From: Vicugna vicugna
Lineage: Eukaryota
DNA length: 64,000 nucleotides
NCBI GenBank assembly: GCA_013265495.1
Contig: MU057632.1
Span: forward strand, 1,038,054-1,102,053
Direction of reading: 5' to 3'
The position numbers and the translations under genes were made by a program. Below the pieces are notes generated by a model. The model was not told the origin of the DNA, ran no database searches, and worked only from the letters and a program-made list of their open reading frames with translations. Below, piece by piece: positions 38,613-51,800 of this stretch (positions within the stretch are counted from its first letter, which is position 1; every line of letters starts with the position of its first letter).

Positions 38613-39807
38613 AATAACAGCTGACAGCTCAAAGAAAGAAGGCCAAAGTCCCCTAATTTAAAGATCTGTCACCTTTCATGTAAGTAGAATATACTTTAAC
38701 ATGCTTTGGAAAACAATCATTCCAATGAATGACTATGGAAGTCAGACAATTAACACACTTTTTCAAAGCAAATGATTTATCCCTTTATACCTTGTCAGAA
38801 TCAGAATAATAAATCTAGAGCTAAAGCTGAGAAATCTGTTTTTTGTAGGAGTATTTTTCATCAAGGTGAATTATCACAAACACATGAAGGACTTAGAGCT
38901 TTCAAAACAGAGTTCAGGAAAAGGACAAACCATGGCACAGTATGTTTAAAATATGACCTGTTGTATATTGCAAGCATATGATTTAAAAGGTAAATTTGCT
39001 TCTAGTATTTCACACAAAATATTACTTAAGACTTGTACTAGCATTTATGGCTGGAAAAAAGTAATAAAATTGGTATTTTGAAAGACTGGATCTACATTTT
39101 ATGCAGAACTGAAAATGTCTTATGCCGTATGCCTTATGACAAGGCAGATGACATTTCTCTTCTAAGAAATTCTGAGCATTAGTTGCAATTTCTAAGAGCA
39201 ATCTCTTACACCAAAAGTTTAAAAAATTATTTTTATTAGAAAATGCAATTGCTTATGAAAATTACATCAACCTCCCTTACTTTAAAAAGTATGTAAATAA
39301 GTGAAAGTTAGCCATCACTGTATTCGAAACCTTTATGCCACGTCTTCTACAGACATACTTAGCTGAAGACTAAAGGCAATACTGTAAACAGCGCGGTCCT
39401 ATAACTGCAGTCTGTCTGGCTGAGGAGGAGCGTGAAGATGGTCTCAGAGTTGGAATTCTTGTGCCTGTATGAGAGCTGCTGCAGCTCAACCATCTCAACC
39501 AAAGAGCAGGAGCATCTGCATCACTACCTTCGTGCTAAAAACTCAGTTCTCAGCGGTTTGCGAATCCAGGAGAGTCAGCCGAAGTCACTCAATTAAGCCA
39601 TTTCAATGCACCTCTATTCTAAGAGGTAAGTGTGTTTTTATATGAGGAAAATCAACGAATTTTGAGAGAGAAAAGAAGAGTGGTGAGGGGAAGGTATGAA
39701 ATAGTGGAAAAATAATGAGAAATAAGGCAGAGTGTTATCATGCTTTCATAAACAATTTTACATCAGTAGATCCACTTCTTTGCTCTACAAGTTCTTTTCT
39801 CCTCTAG

Positions 39808-40240
39808 TGTTGATTAAATTATTGTTCAAAAATTTCTTGTTCTCACACCCATAGCACTTCCGTACTTCTTTTTATAGGGTTTGGCTATGCCACTTCCTTT
39901 GGCATCATGGTAGTCAATGTATACGTCCTGTCTCTTGATTTTGGGCATGGCCATGTGACTTGCTTTGGAAAACAGAATGTTGGGAGATTGGCCTCTGTGA
40001 AAAAGGGCTAGAAATGTGCCCGTGTATCCATACATCAAGGCTTGCCCTCTTGAACACCATCTTGATGCGACAAGCCTGACAGGTGGAGAAAATCTGGACC
40101 CAATCTGTAACTGGGAACCAGCCTCTAGTGAAGCCCAGACTAGGTCACTTCCACTCAGCAGAAGTGTTGCTGGCCATGACACACCAGTCACCCCAGACAT
40201 TGAGAGATAAGTGCTCATGCAGTGAGAGCGTTATGGTTGA
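39808..40240 (+). mobile_element. MaLR LTR (MLT1-type)
   Basis: Diagnostic MLT1 motif 'ttgggcatggccatgtgacttgctttgg..aacagaatgt' and 'cttgccctcttg'. Confidence 0.75.
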
Positions 40241-41302
40241 TTTCTCCTCCTTCCTCCAGAATGATGCCAGGCCCCAAGGGAGATCTCCATGTAGACAGTC
40301 TCAAGAACAATTTCTCTTCCCACTCAAGCAGGTCAGCCTCTTCCTGGCACATTCTCATGATACTCAGGTGTCTGGGTGTTTCCTAGGAGTTACCTATCAT
40401 AGCCTTAATCTCTGAGGATAGGGCCACCCCCTTCCTCTACCAACTACTAAAACTCATTCCATATGGTTTCCCAAGGTCCTCAAAAATGTCCTGATTTTAG
40501 CTGAAGCTAATTCATAATCATATCAATGAGAATAATCAAACTCTCTGTGAAGGTCAGGACTTGGTTCATTCATTCACTGCTGTATCTCTAGTTCCTATAC
40601 AACGGTCTGGTGCATGAGAGGTGCTCAAAATATATTTGTTGACTATATTAATAAATTCATTGGTACTTCAAGACAGATGATGGCTAAATTGAACAGAGAC
40701 CTTCAATACATTCACCCAAACGAATTAGAGAATTCTGGGAGACAGTGGGTGAAAACTGGTAGGGTCACAATGATTTTCCTGGAGTTTTAGAAGTCCTCCC
40801 ACAAAGGTTTCCTATCAACTCAGTATAACAGCACATAACACTATACATTGTCATGATTCTGTGCAGATCAGGGTCAAGAATGGACATGACAGAACTGACA
40901 TGTGGGCACCCATCTGGCCGTCTATCAGCTGTCACCCCACAAGACCCAGGTAGAAAGACACAACTGCACCCTGAAATTCAACAGCCCAATGTTTATTTTA
41001 CTAGGGAGCAGGGATGTTATCTTAGAAAGGCAGGATGGTAGAGCAGCAGGGAAAGGAGTCAGAAGTCCAGGCATGGCTTACCACTTACCAACTAGAAAAC
41101 AGGTAGACAACTTTCTGTGCCTCCTAATTGTTGGACACCGTGAGCATAACAACATTCCTGGACCCTATGGAGAGTTCTTAGCAGTTGCAAATGAAGTACT
41201 CTGTCTAAAATGCATTGGAGACACTCAAGCATCATCAAATTGGATAGTATCGTCTTAAAAATGTATTCTTTCACTGCACTTGAACTATTGCATTGGAAGA
41301 AG

Positions 41303-41726
41303 TGAGACAGGAAGAAGAGGGCAGGGCACAACCACTGAAGGAATGAGGTCAGGACAAACTGGTTAGAACCAAGATGGCAGAAGACTGGACTTCCAGTAGA
41401 CTTTGAGCCTCATGGCAAACCCACAGGCTCCATGACAGTTCCTAGGCTGACCATAAAAGGCCAAAAAGTGGGCAGGACCCAGTTCCTAGAAACCTCCACC
41501 CCTTCTCCAACATAGTTGGAATAATCTTCCCACTCATTAGCATATGACATTACCAAACCCATTAAAACTAACAACCGTGTACCTTGTGGTCACTCTCTCT
41601 TACCTTCTGAGATGGCTGCACTCTGCCTATGGAGTGTGTATCTCTCTAAATAACTTGCTTTCACTCTACTATGCCTTGCTCTTGAATTCTTCTCTACACA
41701 AGGCAAGAACCTATTCTCTGGTAACA
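41303..41726 (+). mobile_element. Solo ERV1 LTR (MER41-like)
   Basis: TG...CA ends, 4-bp near-TSD gaag/gtag, 'ccaagatggc', and 'ctctgcctatggagt...aaataacttgctttcactct...cttgaattcttctct'. Confidence 0.75.
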
Positions 41727-42164
41727 GTAGAGGCACTCCAAATTGTATGTCAGAAAGTTGTTGGATAAACGTCATCACATTTACTAACGATATTACTATT
41801 CCGGCTATGTGGCCAGTGCCAGGTGGTTCTGAGAACAAGGAAAACAAACAAACAACCAAACAAAAAACCACCTGCAACAAGGAGCTAACCAAGCTGAAGC
41901 TAAAACAAGACGTAGATAGGTAAAAAACTGAGGAAAAAAGTCTCCATTTGCCATGTTATCAATCTGCTAAAGGTAACATGATCTAAACCATCCATCAAAG
42001 ATCAGGGTAGGGAACAAAGCACAAAAACGCCATCCTAATCTTCAAGGATGCTTATTTTGATTTCTCACATCTTCCAATCTCACCGCAGTCAACGAATAGT
42101 GTATTTGAGTTTCACATGCTGATTTTAAGAATGAATTTAAATGCCAAGTATTACAGTTACTTAC

Positions 42165-42219
42165 AGTATGATTCCTCACTTTAAGTGCTCTCTTAGACTT
42201 CTGGATTTCTTGGTAAGGG
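42165..42219 (-). other. Candidate short exon (40 or 55 nt, two alternative donors)
   Basis: Pyrimidine-rich acceptor '...tttacacattttactggacag|' with donors 'aaa|gtgagg' (42179) and 'act|gtaagt' (42164). Confidence 0.25.
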
Positions 42220-42779
42220 CTGTCCAGTAAAATGTGTAAACATGAAAAATAAGCATGTGCAAAAGTCATGCTTCAGGTATTTTCTTTTTTGAGTTTTCTT
42301 TCTTCTTTTATTTTTTTTTAGGAGGAAGTCTGTTATTTCATCACTTTGGATTAAAATGCATCAGAGTGTAGCACTTAAAAACTGGCTTTAAAGGTAGAAG
42401 CTGGTTTAGTAGGGGAAAAATGTGTTTTGAAGAAAACTTAGATAGCAAACTATTTTCCAGAATGTCTTGAAATGCTTGGAGAACTCATAGTTCTCAAACA
42501 CTCATAAGCAAACTGTGGAAGGGGCTTTGAAAATTATTCTAATAAACTTGCAATGGCAGGTCTAAGAAGTTGGTTTTTCAATCACATTTTGACTTAATAC
42601 AGCGTCATCAGGTCCTAATTAAAGATTTAAATGTACAATTCTCCACTATCAGGGATGCTAAATATCCCATATCCAAATTCTCACTTTCTCCTTTCTAGAA
42701 TAACTTTGGGTTGCAAATTCATGACTAGTATCTGATGTTCCCCCTCCCCAGAGATTTCCATCATCACTGCTTCCTTAAG

Positions 42780-43428
42780 TTTTTAAAAATCAAGGTACAA
42801 CCAACATACAATAAAATTCACTCACTGAAAGTGTACAGTTACCTGTGCTTAGACAAATGTATACAGGCTTGTACCCACCACCATAGTCAAAACATGGAAC
42901 GTTTCTCTCACCCAGAAAAGTTCTCTCCTGTCTCCTGTGGTGAGCTCTTCCCTCTCTTTCCCTCTCCCCCAACCCTACCCCATGACAACCACTGATGTCT
43001 TTATCTCTTTAATTTTGCCCTTTCTAGAATCATCCAATTTGCAGTTTGGGGGTCTGACTTCTTTAACTTTGGGTGGTATTTCTGAGATTCACTGAGCTGT
43101 TCCATGATTCATCAGCTGGGTTCTTTGCATCACTGAGTAGCACTCCATCTTAGGGCTGTGTCACAGATCATCCATTCACTCACCAGTTGATGGTGATTTG
43201 ATTGTGTCCAGTTTTTGCTTATATGAATAAAACTGCTATGAATATTGAGGGTAGACTTTGTGAAGGTGTATTTCCTCATTTCTCCTAGGGGTATACCTAA
43301 GAGTAGAACCAGTGGGTTACATGGCAAGTGTATGTTAATTTCAGAGGAAACTGCCCAGCTGTTCTCTAAAGTGGCTACACCATGTAACATTCCTGTCAGC
43401 AGGGTAGGAGCGTTTCGGTTACTCACCC
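42780..43428 (-). mobile_element. Old LINE-1 3' region
   Basis: Antisense L1M 3' end: 'acatacaataaaattcact...aaagtgtacagt', 'tccattcactcaccagttgatgg', 'gggtatacctaagagtagaacc'. Confidence 0.85.
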
Positions 43429-44631
43429 CTTAACTGTCCAATAAAAACATTATAATCAATCTTTTCCTATAAGACCGCATGATGACTCAACAATTGATAG
43501 CCATTTGAGTGAAGTTAATTTAGCATCTGTGGGGGTTATGACTTTGCCGTCTCATGTCACTCTTCCTGTACCTCTAGGAGGAGAGTATATTTAGTATCCT
43601 CGTTTTCCAGATGAGAACACTGAAGCTCAGTGTGGCTAATCTACCCATAGAACAAGTGACAACTTCAGAATGCTATCTGAGGGAGTGATTCCAAAGCCCA
43701 CCGCAGTGTGTGGGAAACAGCTGGTGGTTGCCTACAACAAGCGATTTGATATTCCATGCAAAACAGAGCATACAGTTGTTCTCTCTCACTCTTTTTCCCT
43801 CCTGATCTTTGCAGAAGGAAAAAGAACATTCCATGACTTAAAGGGCCTTTCTTGTTCACTTTCTATGCCCAGACCCAGGGACCTAGGAGGTGACGTTCCC
43901 AAGGAAGTTTCCATCCTAATAAAGGATACTGAGATCAAGTTAGCAAGTCCTGCCCATTCTCCCATTCCTACTCCATATTTACCATGAATCTTCATTAAGA
44001 TATTGCATTGAAAGGTATAAAAGTACACACACAAGCACTTAGATGGACAAATCTCCATGCTACAGAAATGTCCTCAGCACAGTTTGCAGTGCACTTGTCT
44101 AATCACCAGGGACAAGGCAGGTCACCGGGGACCAGAGGATGGGTGTACCCAGGGCCCTGCTGATCGTCTCTTGCTTCTGCTTGGCAGGCCTGAATTAGCT
44201 TATGCCCTCCACTCTATTTATAGATTGAGAGTAAACTTAGAGTCTTTTCATGTATAAAGACTGAAAGCATAAGGAGATATGATTTGGCAAGGTCAGTGTT
44301 CTAGCATCTTTATGCGTCCCCAGGGCATCCCTGCTCTGGCCTCCCCGAGGAAGGAGTTCCAGAGGCACTTGAGCCTGCAGTGTTCTCACTGCCTCTCATC
44401 ACTCTGGTGCCCACAGGAAGTGGTCCCCCTTTCCCCTCTTCCCTCTGAAGTCAACCTCAAATCAGCTCTGCACTTCTAATACCGGTCCGTCTTCCGCAGC
44501 ATCTTCTTCCAATCCCAGCCTCCTGTACACCAAAAGCAAGCCAGATTTCCTGGGACAGCTGAGCAGGTGTGCATGCTCTGACCAAAATGCTGGCCATGGG
44601 AAGGCTTGATCTTTGTGTGTGTGTGTGTATG

Positions 44632-44701
44632 TATTCTATTGAAGTAGAGTCAGTTTATAATGTGTTAATTTCTGGTGTAAAGCATAATGATTCAGTTATA
44701 C

Positions 44702-44753
<52 letters not shown>

Positions 44754-44840
44754 TCCTTTTCATGTTCTTTTTCATTATAGGCTATTACAGGATATTGGAT
44801 ACAGCTCCCTGTGGTCTACAGTGGAATCTTGTTTATCTAG
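44632..44840 (-). mobile_element. Young L1 3' UTR fragment containing a (TA)n(TG)n(TA)n microsatellite
   Basis: 'tattgaagtagagtcagtttataatgtgttaatttctggtgt...acagctccctgtg'; compound repeat at 44701-44752. Confidence 0.88.
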
Positions 44841-45065
44841 CAATCTTTTCTTTTTAAAAATACGTACACAATATTCTCTTAACATTCCTAATGCAGGCTC
44901 ATATATCTAATCTATTTTAAATATTAAATGTCTCATTAGGTAAATTGTTGTAATAAGATGCATTGTAAATATGAAAGTAAACCCAAATGCACCTCCAAAT
45001 TTGCATGAATCATAATATGATTTTACCAAGTCATATAAATAATGCCTAAAGGATTGCCAGGCATT

Positions 45066-45201
45066 GTTTATTTATTTGTTTGTTTGGGAGGGAGGTAATT
45101 TGGTTTACTTATTTATTTTTAGAGGCAGTACTGGGGATTGAACCCAGGGGCTTGTGTGTGCTAAGCATATATGCTCTACCACTTGAACTATAACCTCCCC
45201 C
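45066..45201 (-). mobile_element. tRNA-Ala-derived SINE (Vic-1-like)
   Basis: Reverse complement 'ggggaggttatagttcaagtggtagagcat...cttagc...cctgggttcaatccccagtac' plus 'taattacctccc' tail. Confidence 0.9.
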
Positions 45202-46201
45202 ATCATTTATTTTATACGTTGTATTTTACACATGCATGAGTTCCAAGAAAACGAAGAAAAAATTTAATTTAAAATGTTTTTAAAAAATTTGCTTTCCTTT
45301 AGTATGCATTAACACTAGTAACAATAGTTTATTTCCATGTGTTGGGTAATATAAAATATTTTAAGTCTATCAATTTGCAACTTCCAACCACTTAATAGGT
45401 TTGAGCCATTTAAAAACACGGATTGGCAGTTTTACACTTGAGGGTTGCAACTCAAAGAACAGATCACAACTTTGGTGTTCAAATGCTCCATCAGAAAGTT
45501 GACATGCTCAAACGATTTGGGAAGCAAATAACAATGGCAGCTACGATTTTGACATTTATAATCATTAACTGCTGCTTTTGAAAAGGAAAAATTGCTTTTT
45601 GCCTATATTCTATGGTACATGTTGAACGAAGCTGAACGGCCCTTAAGTAACCAGCTCGTGTTTTGCCGCATCCACACTGACAGCCAGCCTTTGACTATGT
45701 ACAGGATCAGTGCACGATTAGAATTACTGATTATCAGAGCAGTGTCAATTTTGAGCACAGGTAAAATTTAACAAATTATTAAAGAGAAAAGTTTGTCCTT
45801 TTCAAAGAGTGCTTGGCTCGTATTCCTCGTGAAATGTTTCTTTTTTTTTTTTTTTCCCCACAGAAATTGCAAACTCTTAATCCTCCAAGAGTGCCTAGTC
45901 TATAGGCAAAAAAACAGTCTAGGGAGACCCAGGGGGAAATGGACAAAGTGATCCTTGTAACGTGAACTCAGATCAACAACATCATTCCTACAGGAAACTC
46001 ATTCTGCTTGGCCACAAATATCACAAGTTTCAAATAGCTAAGCATAGCCAAAAAATAATAGCCAAATTCAGAATTTACAGTTAAACTCTGAGGGTGAAAT
46101 TTCACTTCTAAATAGCTCGAGCTATAAATGAATATTAATTATTTATAACTCACTGGGAGGTAAATTTTTTGTTTTACTTTGTTTAATAAAGATATTAAGC
46201 A

Positions 46202-46335
46202 GGGGAGGGTACAGCTCAGTGGTAGAGCACATGCTTAGCATGCACAAGATCCTGGGTTCAGTCCCCAGTACCTCCTCCAAAAATGAATAAATAAATAAAC
46301 CTAATTACCACCCCCTTAAAAAAAAATTAAAAAAA
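46202..46335 (+). mobile_element. tRNA-Ala-derived SINE (Vic-1-like)
   Basis: 'ggggagggtacagctcagtggtagagcacatgcttagcatgcacaagatcctgggttcagtccccagtacctcc' (tRNA-Ala AGC-like head), then 'aaacctaattacc' and an A-tail. Confidence 0.92.
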
Positions 46336-47042
46336 GAAGACGGCAATACTATTGCAGGAGTGACTACTGTATATAAGAACATGAACTAGTAAACTAGACT
46401 TTAGCCTGGCTCTTTCAAATACTAGTTATATTTATTTTTTGAATCAAGATTTGAACTCTTACCTCTGATCTTAATACAAGTCTTTTCATTTTAGTACATA
46501 TTTTCCATTTTTAATACACAAGTCTTGAAATACCTATGGTTAGTTTTCATATTTACATAAATTTATATTTAATATTTGCACATCTTTCTCATTTGAAAGT
46601 AGTGCTCTAAATTAGTGCAACTATTTTTGGATAAATTGTGCATGAATAACTTTAATATTCAGACACAGATTCAGAAAAAATACATAAAAGTCTAATTTTA
46701 ATATTTAGTATTATTTGTTTCTTTGATTTTACGTTATATTTTTTAGTCACTTTTGATGTGTTTTTACAAAATATCAGGTAATTTCAGGAATAGATAATAT
46801 ATTAAAAAAATTCCTCTAGGGTTCTAAAAAAGTGACCTGTAACTGCTGCTTGATAAATGTTAAAGTTAAATTTAGCACAAATTACATTTAAAACTGTAAA
46901 ATACATAATACATAATAAAAAGTTTCAGAAAGACAAGTGTTGTACTAAATAAGTTTGAATCTTTTGACATTCAAATAAAGAATTCCAGAATATATGTACA
47001 ATGTATACAAACTAAGGAAAGTGACATCTATTAAAAATGATA

Positions 47043-47186
47043 CAAAAAAAAGGAAGGTAGAGCTCAGTGGTAGAGTTCCTGCTTAGCATGCACGAGGCCC
47101 TGTGTTCAATCCTCAGTGTCTCTATTAAAACAATCAATCAATAAATAATCATAATTACCTCCCCCCAAAAAATAAACATAAAAAAA
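47043..47186 (+). mobile_element. tRNA-Ala-derived SINE (Vic-1-like) with 11-bp TSD
   Basis: Same head and tail as the other copies; 'taaaaatgata' at 47032-47042 and 47187-47197. Confidence 0.9.
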
Positions 47187-48220
47187 TAAAAATGATATGT
47201 AATCACATGCAGAGTGATCAATTTTAGCTGTCATTTATAATCTGCCTGCACAGTCTAGCCAAGGGAGGATTTACAAGTTTACTTTGAATCCTCATAGTCA
47301 TAAGAGAGCAATAAACACAGAATCAATTGCCTAGCTGCCTCAGCTCCGAGCAGATGTGGAGCCACCTGGGCTGCCCTTATGCACAGGCAGAGGAGGGTAC
47401 TGCCCTGGGCTGTGAACACAGTTCTGACAGGAGATGCCACGAATCCTGTATAAGAAATAACCCAGCCCACCCTGAACTATAGCGGTGAGGGCTGTCCCTC
47501 CTCAGCCTCTAAAGCGTGGTCCCAGAAAGCCCCTGAGGGAAGGGAGGAAAGGTAACGGGGCAAACAAGTGTCCACACATAAATCTACCGACGATGCGTTC
47601 TTCAGAGGTAAGGTGTCCCTGGCAGAAAGGATGGTCCGTGACAACTGCCTTCCCACCTAGGAGAGCGGTGCTGGGAGATGACTGCAAATTTCCTCCTTGC
47701 ACCTGGAGCCCTGTTCCCCATCAGAGGGCTCAGCCATGCCTCTGATCGGGGCAGCACCAGGTCAAAGCTATAAAGCACAGAATACAGTAGACAGCATAAC
47801 GTTCCCCAAAAGCCAAGCCGACAGTTCAACCCAAGGTTCCATCAGCTCAGAATGTGGAAAATGGAATTTGAGGAGACATGCAATGTGGAGCAGAAAGACT
47901 CCATCCTCGGGCAGGAGACCCTGTGGAGGGATCAGAGGGCTGACTGCCATGTTGCAAGTAACAGAGAGAAGAAAGAGGGAGCTCAAAGGAGGACCTAAAA
48001 ATCCCCCACAACTCAGAACCTCTCCCAAATTCAAATCAGTCTTTGTTCCCAACGTGAGGATGTCACCTTAAATCTGGAAGTCTGAGGTCCAGAATCTACA
48101 GACAGACTACACAAAGGTGCGGGAATAAAACCACTAGAGTATTTTGGAAGATGTCCAGGTAAACTCTGGTTTATATGTCCTTCTCCCACCACAGATGACA
48201 TCCATACCAATAGTAGCTAC

Positions 48221-48695
48221 TGACAAAGATTTTCTCCTTGACAAAACTCTACTCAGTCTCCTTTGAACCCTCTTCCCAACTCGGCCCAGACTTTTGGACT
48301 TCCATGTTCATCTCTGCATTACCCAATTTTAGCTAGAGTCCTCTAGGTCAGTTTAGCCCCAATCCCCCTCAATATCTAATCGAGTTCCCCATCTTCCACT
48401 ATCCCTGACTGATGTCTGATCGTCCTGGCCTGCCTTCGGCAAGAATTCTGTTAGGTCGGTCTAGCCAGAACGCTCCTCACCCCTGATGTTTTCTCTTAGC
48501 AATTTTCCATTCACTGACCCTGCTCTTTGGCTATAAATTTCTACTTGTCTGTGCTGTATTAGGAGTTGACCCCAACCTCTCTCCCCCACCGTGAGACCCC
48601 ACCTAGTGGTCCCTATCCTATCACAACAGTCCCCCATTGAAGAAAGTCTTCCTCATCTTGCCTGAACAAGTAACTTGATTATTTTTTCTGTAACA
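48221..48695 (+). mobile_element. Solo ERV1 LTR (MER31-like)
   Basis: Begins 'tgacaaagattttctccttgacaaaact' and ends 'taaca'. Has an internal repeated 'taggtcagtttagcc' block, TATA-like 'ggctataaatt', and 4-bp near-TSD ctac/cgac. Confidence 0.8.
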
Positions 48696-49346
48696 CGACT
48701 ATTCACTGGGAATCTACATTGCACCAGACTCACGATCTTATTGACTATATAAAGTGCTACCATTAAAAAAAAGGCCAGAAAATGATTGTGGGGAAAATGC
48801 ATACTTCTCAAGCACACATTTCTGTGAAGTGATTTCCTAAAAATGTTTGTAAGGTTTAACCTGGTAAGCAGCAATCATGTTACTAAGTGCTGATCATATG
48901 CTCCTATTTGCAAGACACCGTTCTACAATGATCAGCAGAACTAAGGCACAAGAAGTGGAAATAAAAGGCAGAATTACAGTAGTAATAAAACAATATTTGT
49001 AATCTACAGTTATTTGAGAAAACAGGTGATAATGAATATTACATTATGATTGCAATTTTTGTTAAAAAACATCTGTATAACTAGAAAAAGATGGGGAACA
49101 GCCATCTTTTATAATCAAAAAAATGCAAACGCAAAGTGCAACATTCTGAGTAATGACAAAATTTTATTTTCTTTCTCTTGGTTTAGGGGCAATATTTTTC
49201 TACCATAAACATCATTTTTGTAATTAGAAAAATCCAAACACATTTATTCATTTAAAAAAGGGCAATTACATAAGTTTATTCAGTCAGTAAAATACTAGAC
49301 TAAATCTGCCCTAGTCAAAAAAAAAAAGTATATTGATATGTCATGA

Positions 49347-49870
49347 TGTAAGGAAGGAGGAATTAGATTTGTCATAATCATAGACTGACCAAGCCAGCCT
49401 TAGAGTTCCCCTTGACTTGACTCAACTGAGATTTCTCCATAACTAGGTTTATCACTTCTTAGCCTATTTGCTTTAGCAAACTTGGCAATTGTAAATTCTT
49501 TCTCTGCCCTTTTAAAATGTAAGTCTTTTCCCAGGCTCTTGCCAATTTTACAACCCAGGGGTATCTTTCTCAAGGACCCACGGCCCAACCCTTTGCAACA
49601 TGATCATCAAGAAGGATAGAGTCACTGACTGATCTCCCAGTGTCTGTGGGAAGGTGGGACCTGACCTCCCAGAAGAGTCCATTAGCAAATGTAGATGGCC
49701 CAATCACACTGACCAACCCCCCTCCTCCAAAGCTTTTCCATTAGCTCACTCCAATGTGTTAAAATCCCCCTTCCTCCATTTCATTGGACTTCAGCTCAAT
49801 CTCTCTCCCTTATTACAATAGTCTTGACCTCGTAGTCTTGAAAAAACTTTTCCTGGCCTGTTTAAAACCA
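49347..49870 (+). mobile_element. ERV1 LTR (MER67/MER4-group-like)
   Basis: 'ttgccaattttacaacccagg...tctttctcaaggacc...atcatcaagaaggatag...tctcccagtgtctgtggga', 'caatctctctcccttattacaatagtcttga'. Confidence 0.65.
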
Positions 49871-49884
49871 TCTGATAGCTATAG

Positions 49885-50090
49885 CTTGAGAGCTTATTGA
49901 GGGCACAGAAACCATACTGCCTGCAAATTGCCTCAGTTAATGTTCAGAGCAACACAAGGAGGTGAATGCAGTGATTACCAACATTTAGAGGAGGAAACTA
50001 AAAATCAGAGAAGTTTAGTAACTTGTGCAAGGTCACCCAGCTCTTTAGTGGTAGAGCTGGTATTTAAACCCAGGCCAAGTAGCTCCACTG
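49885..50090 (-). mobile_element. MIR SINE
   Basis: 'gaggaaactaaaaatcagagaagtttagtaacttgtgcaaggtcacccagct...gtagagctggtatttaaacccagg'. Confidence 0.85.
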
Positions 50091-50899
50091 CCATTCTGTG
50101 GTTATCTAAACCTGAGTTATTTATCTCTGGAGGCCACATTATCATTAGTATTGTTAACCAGTCTGCTTAACTTGGCTTTGGTAAGCATGTGTCTCCATTA
50201 AGCCTGGGCAGGTAAGCTGAGACAGAAGAGTAAGCTGGCAGGAAAACACTTACCATTAGTTGATGAGGACAAAGGGAGTGAGGTCTGGTCTGGAGAGCCA
50301 GACCTAGTCTCAGGCTCCCTAAATTCCAAGAATTCAATGGCAGGACTGGACAGTGCAGGGAAGCCAAGATTTCAGCCTTCCTTGGCTGTAAGCCACTGAA
50401 CCTATGATGTCATGTCTTATAATAAGAAATCTACATTTGGTCTTTGACCCCATTTCTAGCACAGATTTCCTGAAATTCTAGGACTATCCTATGAGGGGAG
50501 CAATCAAGGCGTCTCTGGTTAGGTTAATCAGGTGACTTTTGGAATGAACCTAAGGCTGAGGGCTGTTGACAAGGAAACCAACTCCAGGACTGGAGGATTC
50601 CAATTTGCAGACCCATCCCTCTGACCTCTGGGGAGGAGAGAAGGGCTAGAGATTAAATCAATCCAGTGGCCAAGGATTTAATCACTCATGTCTGTGTAAT
50701 GAAGCCTCCAAAAACACCCAAACAGACAGTGACAGAGAGCTTTGGGGTTGGTGACCACGTGGAGATTCAGGGACAGGGATACACTCTGAGAGAGCATGGA
50801 AGCTCTGCACCCTTTCCCTATACTTTGCCCCGTGCATCTCTCCTACCCAGCTGCTCCTGAGTTATATCCTCTTAGAATAAACCGGTGATACAGTCAGTA

Positions 50900-51800
50900 C
50901 AGGCACAGCTCATTTTATAGCCCTTTGCAGACACTGCATTTTTTACAAATTGAAGGTTTGTGGAGACCCGGCGTTATGCCATTTCTCCAACAGCCTTTGC
51001 TCACTTCATGTCTCTGTGTCACATTTTGGTAAGTCTCACAATATGCCAAGCCTTTTCATTATTATTATAGTTGTTATGGTGATCTGTGATCCGTGATCAT
51101 CGATGTACGCACTGTTAATTGATTCAGGGCACCACGCATGATGCCCATATAAGGAGGCGAACTTAACTGATTGCTGAAATGACAGCAAAGGATTTAGACT
51201 AGGACATAAACTTAGTTGGAAAGCAACCGCAGGGTTTGAGAGGACTGACTCCAGTTTTGAAAGAAGTTCTACTGGGAGTCAAATGCTATTGGACAACACT
51301 GCAGGCTGCAGAGGAATCGTTCATGAAAGAAGGAGTCAGTTATTGTGGCAAACTTCACTGCTGTCTTGTTTTAAGAAATTGCCATGACCACCCAGATCTT
51401 CAGCAACCACCAGCTTGATCAGTCAGCAGACATCAACATGGAGGCAAGACTCACCTTCCACCAGCAAAAAGATCACAACGTGCTGAAGGCTCAGATGATG
51501 GTTAGCACTTTATAGCAATAAAGTATTTTTAAATTAAAATTATGTACCTTTTTTTAGACATAATCCTATTATATCTTTAATAGACCACAGTCTAGTGTAA
51601 AATTTGCTTTTTAAAGGTGCTTTTTAGTGTCTTTTATTGAACTATAATCAGTTTACAAAGTTGTGTTAATTTCTGGTGTACAGTATGCACTGGGAAACCA
51701 AAAAAAAAAAAAAAAAAAGCCATGGGGCTTGCTTTATTGTGATATTTGCTTTGTTGTGGAGGCCTGGAATTGAGCCTGCAATCTTGCTGAGGTGGGCCTG
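50900..51800 (+). mobile_element. Internally deleted Tigger1 (TcMar-Tigger) DNA transposon
   Basis: TA then TIR 'caggcacagctc...' and end '...gaggtgggcctg'. The Tigger1 5' ('ttttttacaaattgaaggtttgtgg') is joined to the transposase 3' remnant ('gggtttgagaggactgactccagttttgaaagaagttctact'). Confidence 0.9.
51612..51683 (-). mobile_element. L1 3' tail fragment nested in Tigger1
   Basis: 'ttttattgaactataatcagtttacaaagttgtgttaatttctggtgtacag' matches the L1 ends at 7129 and 44632. Confidence 0.75.

Noticed and set aside
46202..46278. tRNA-Ala(AGC) gene
   Set aside because: The stems are mismatched, it is followed by the SINE-specific tail and A-rich end, and four other diverged copies (one with a TSD) are present. 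It is a SINE.
50900..51800. Intact or domesticated Tigger transposase
   Set aside because: Most of the coding region is deleted and the remnant is frame-disrupted.
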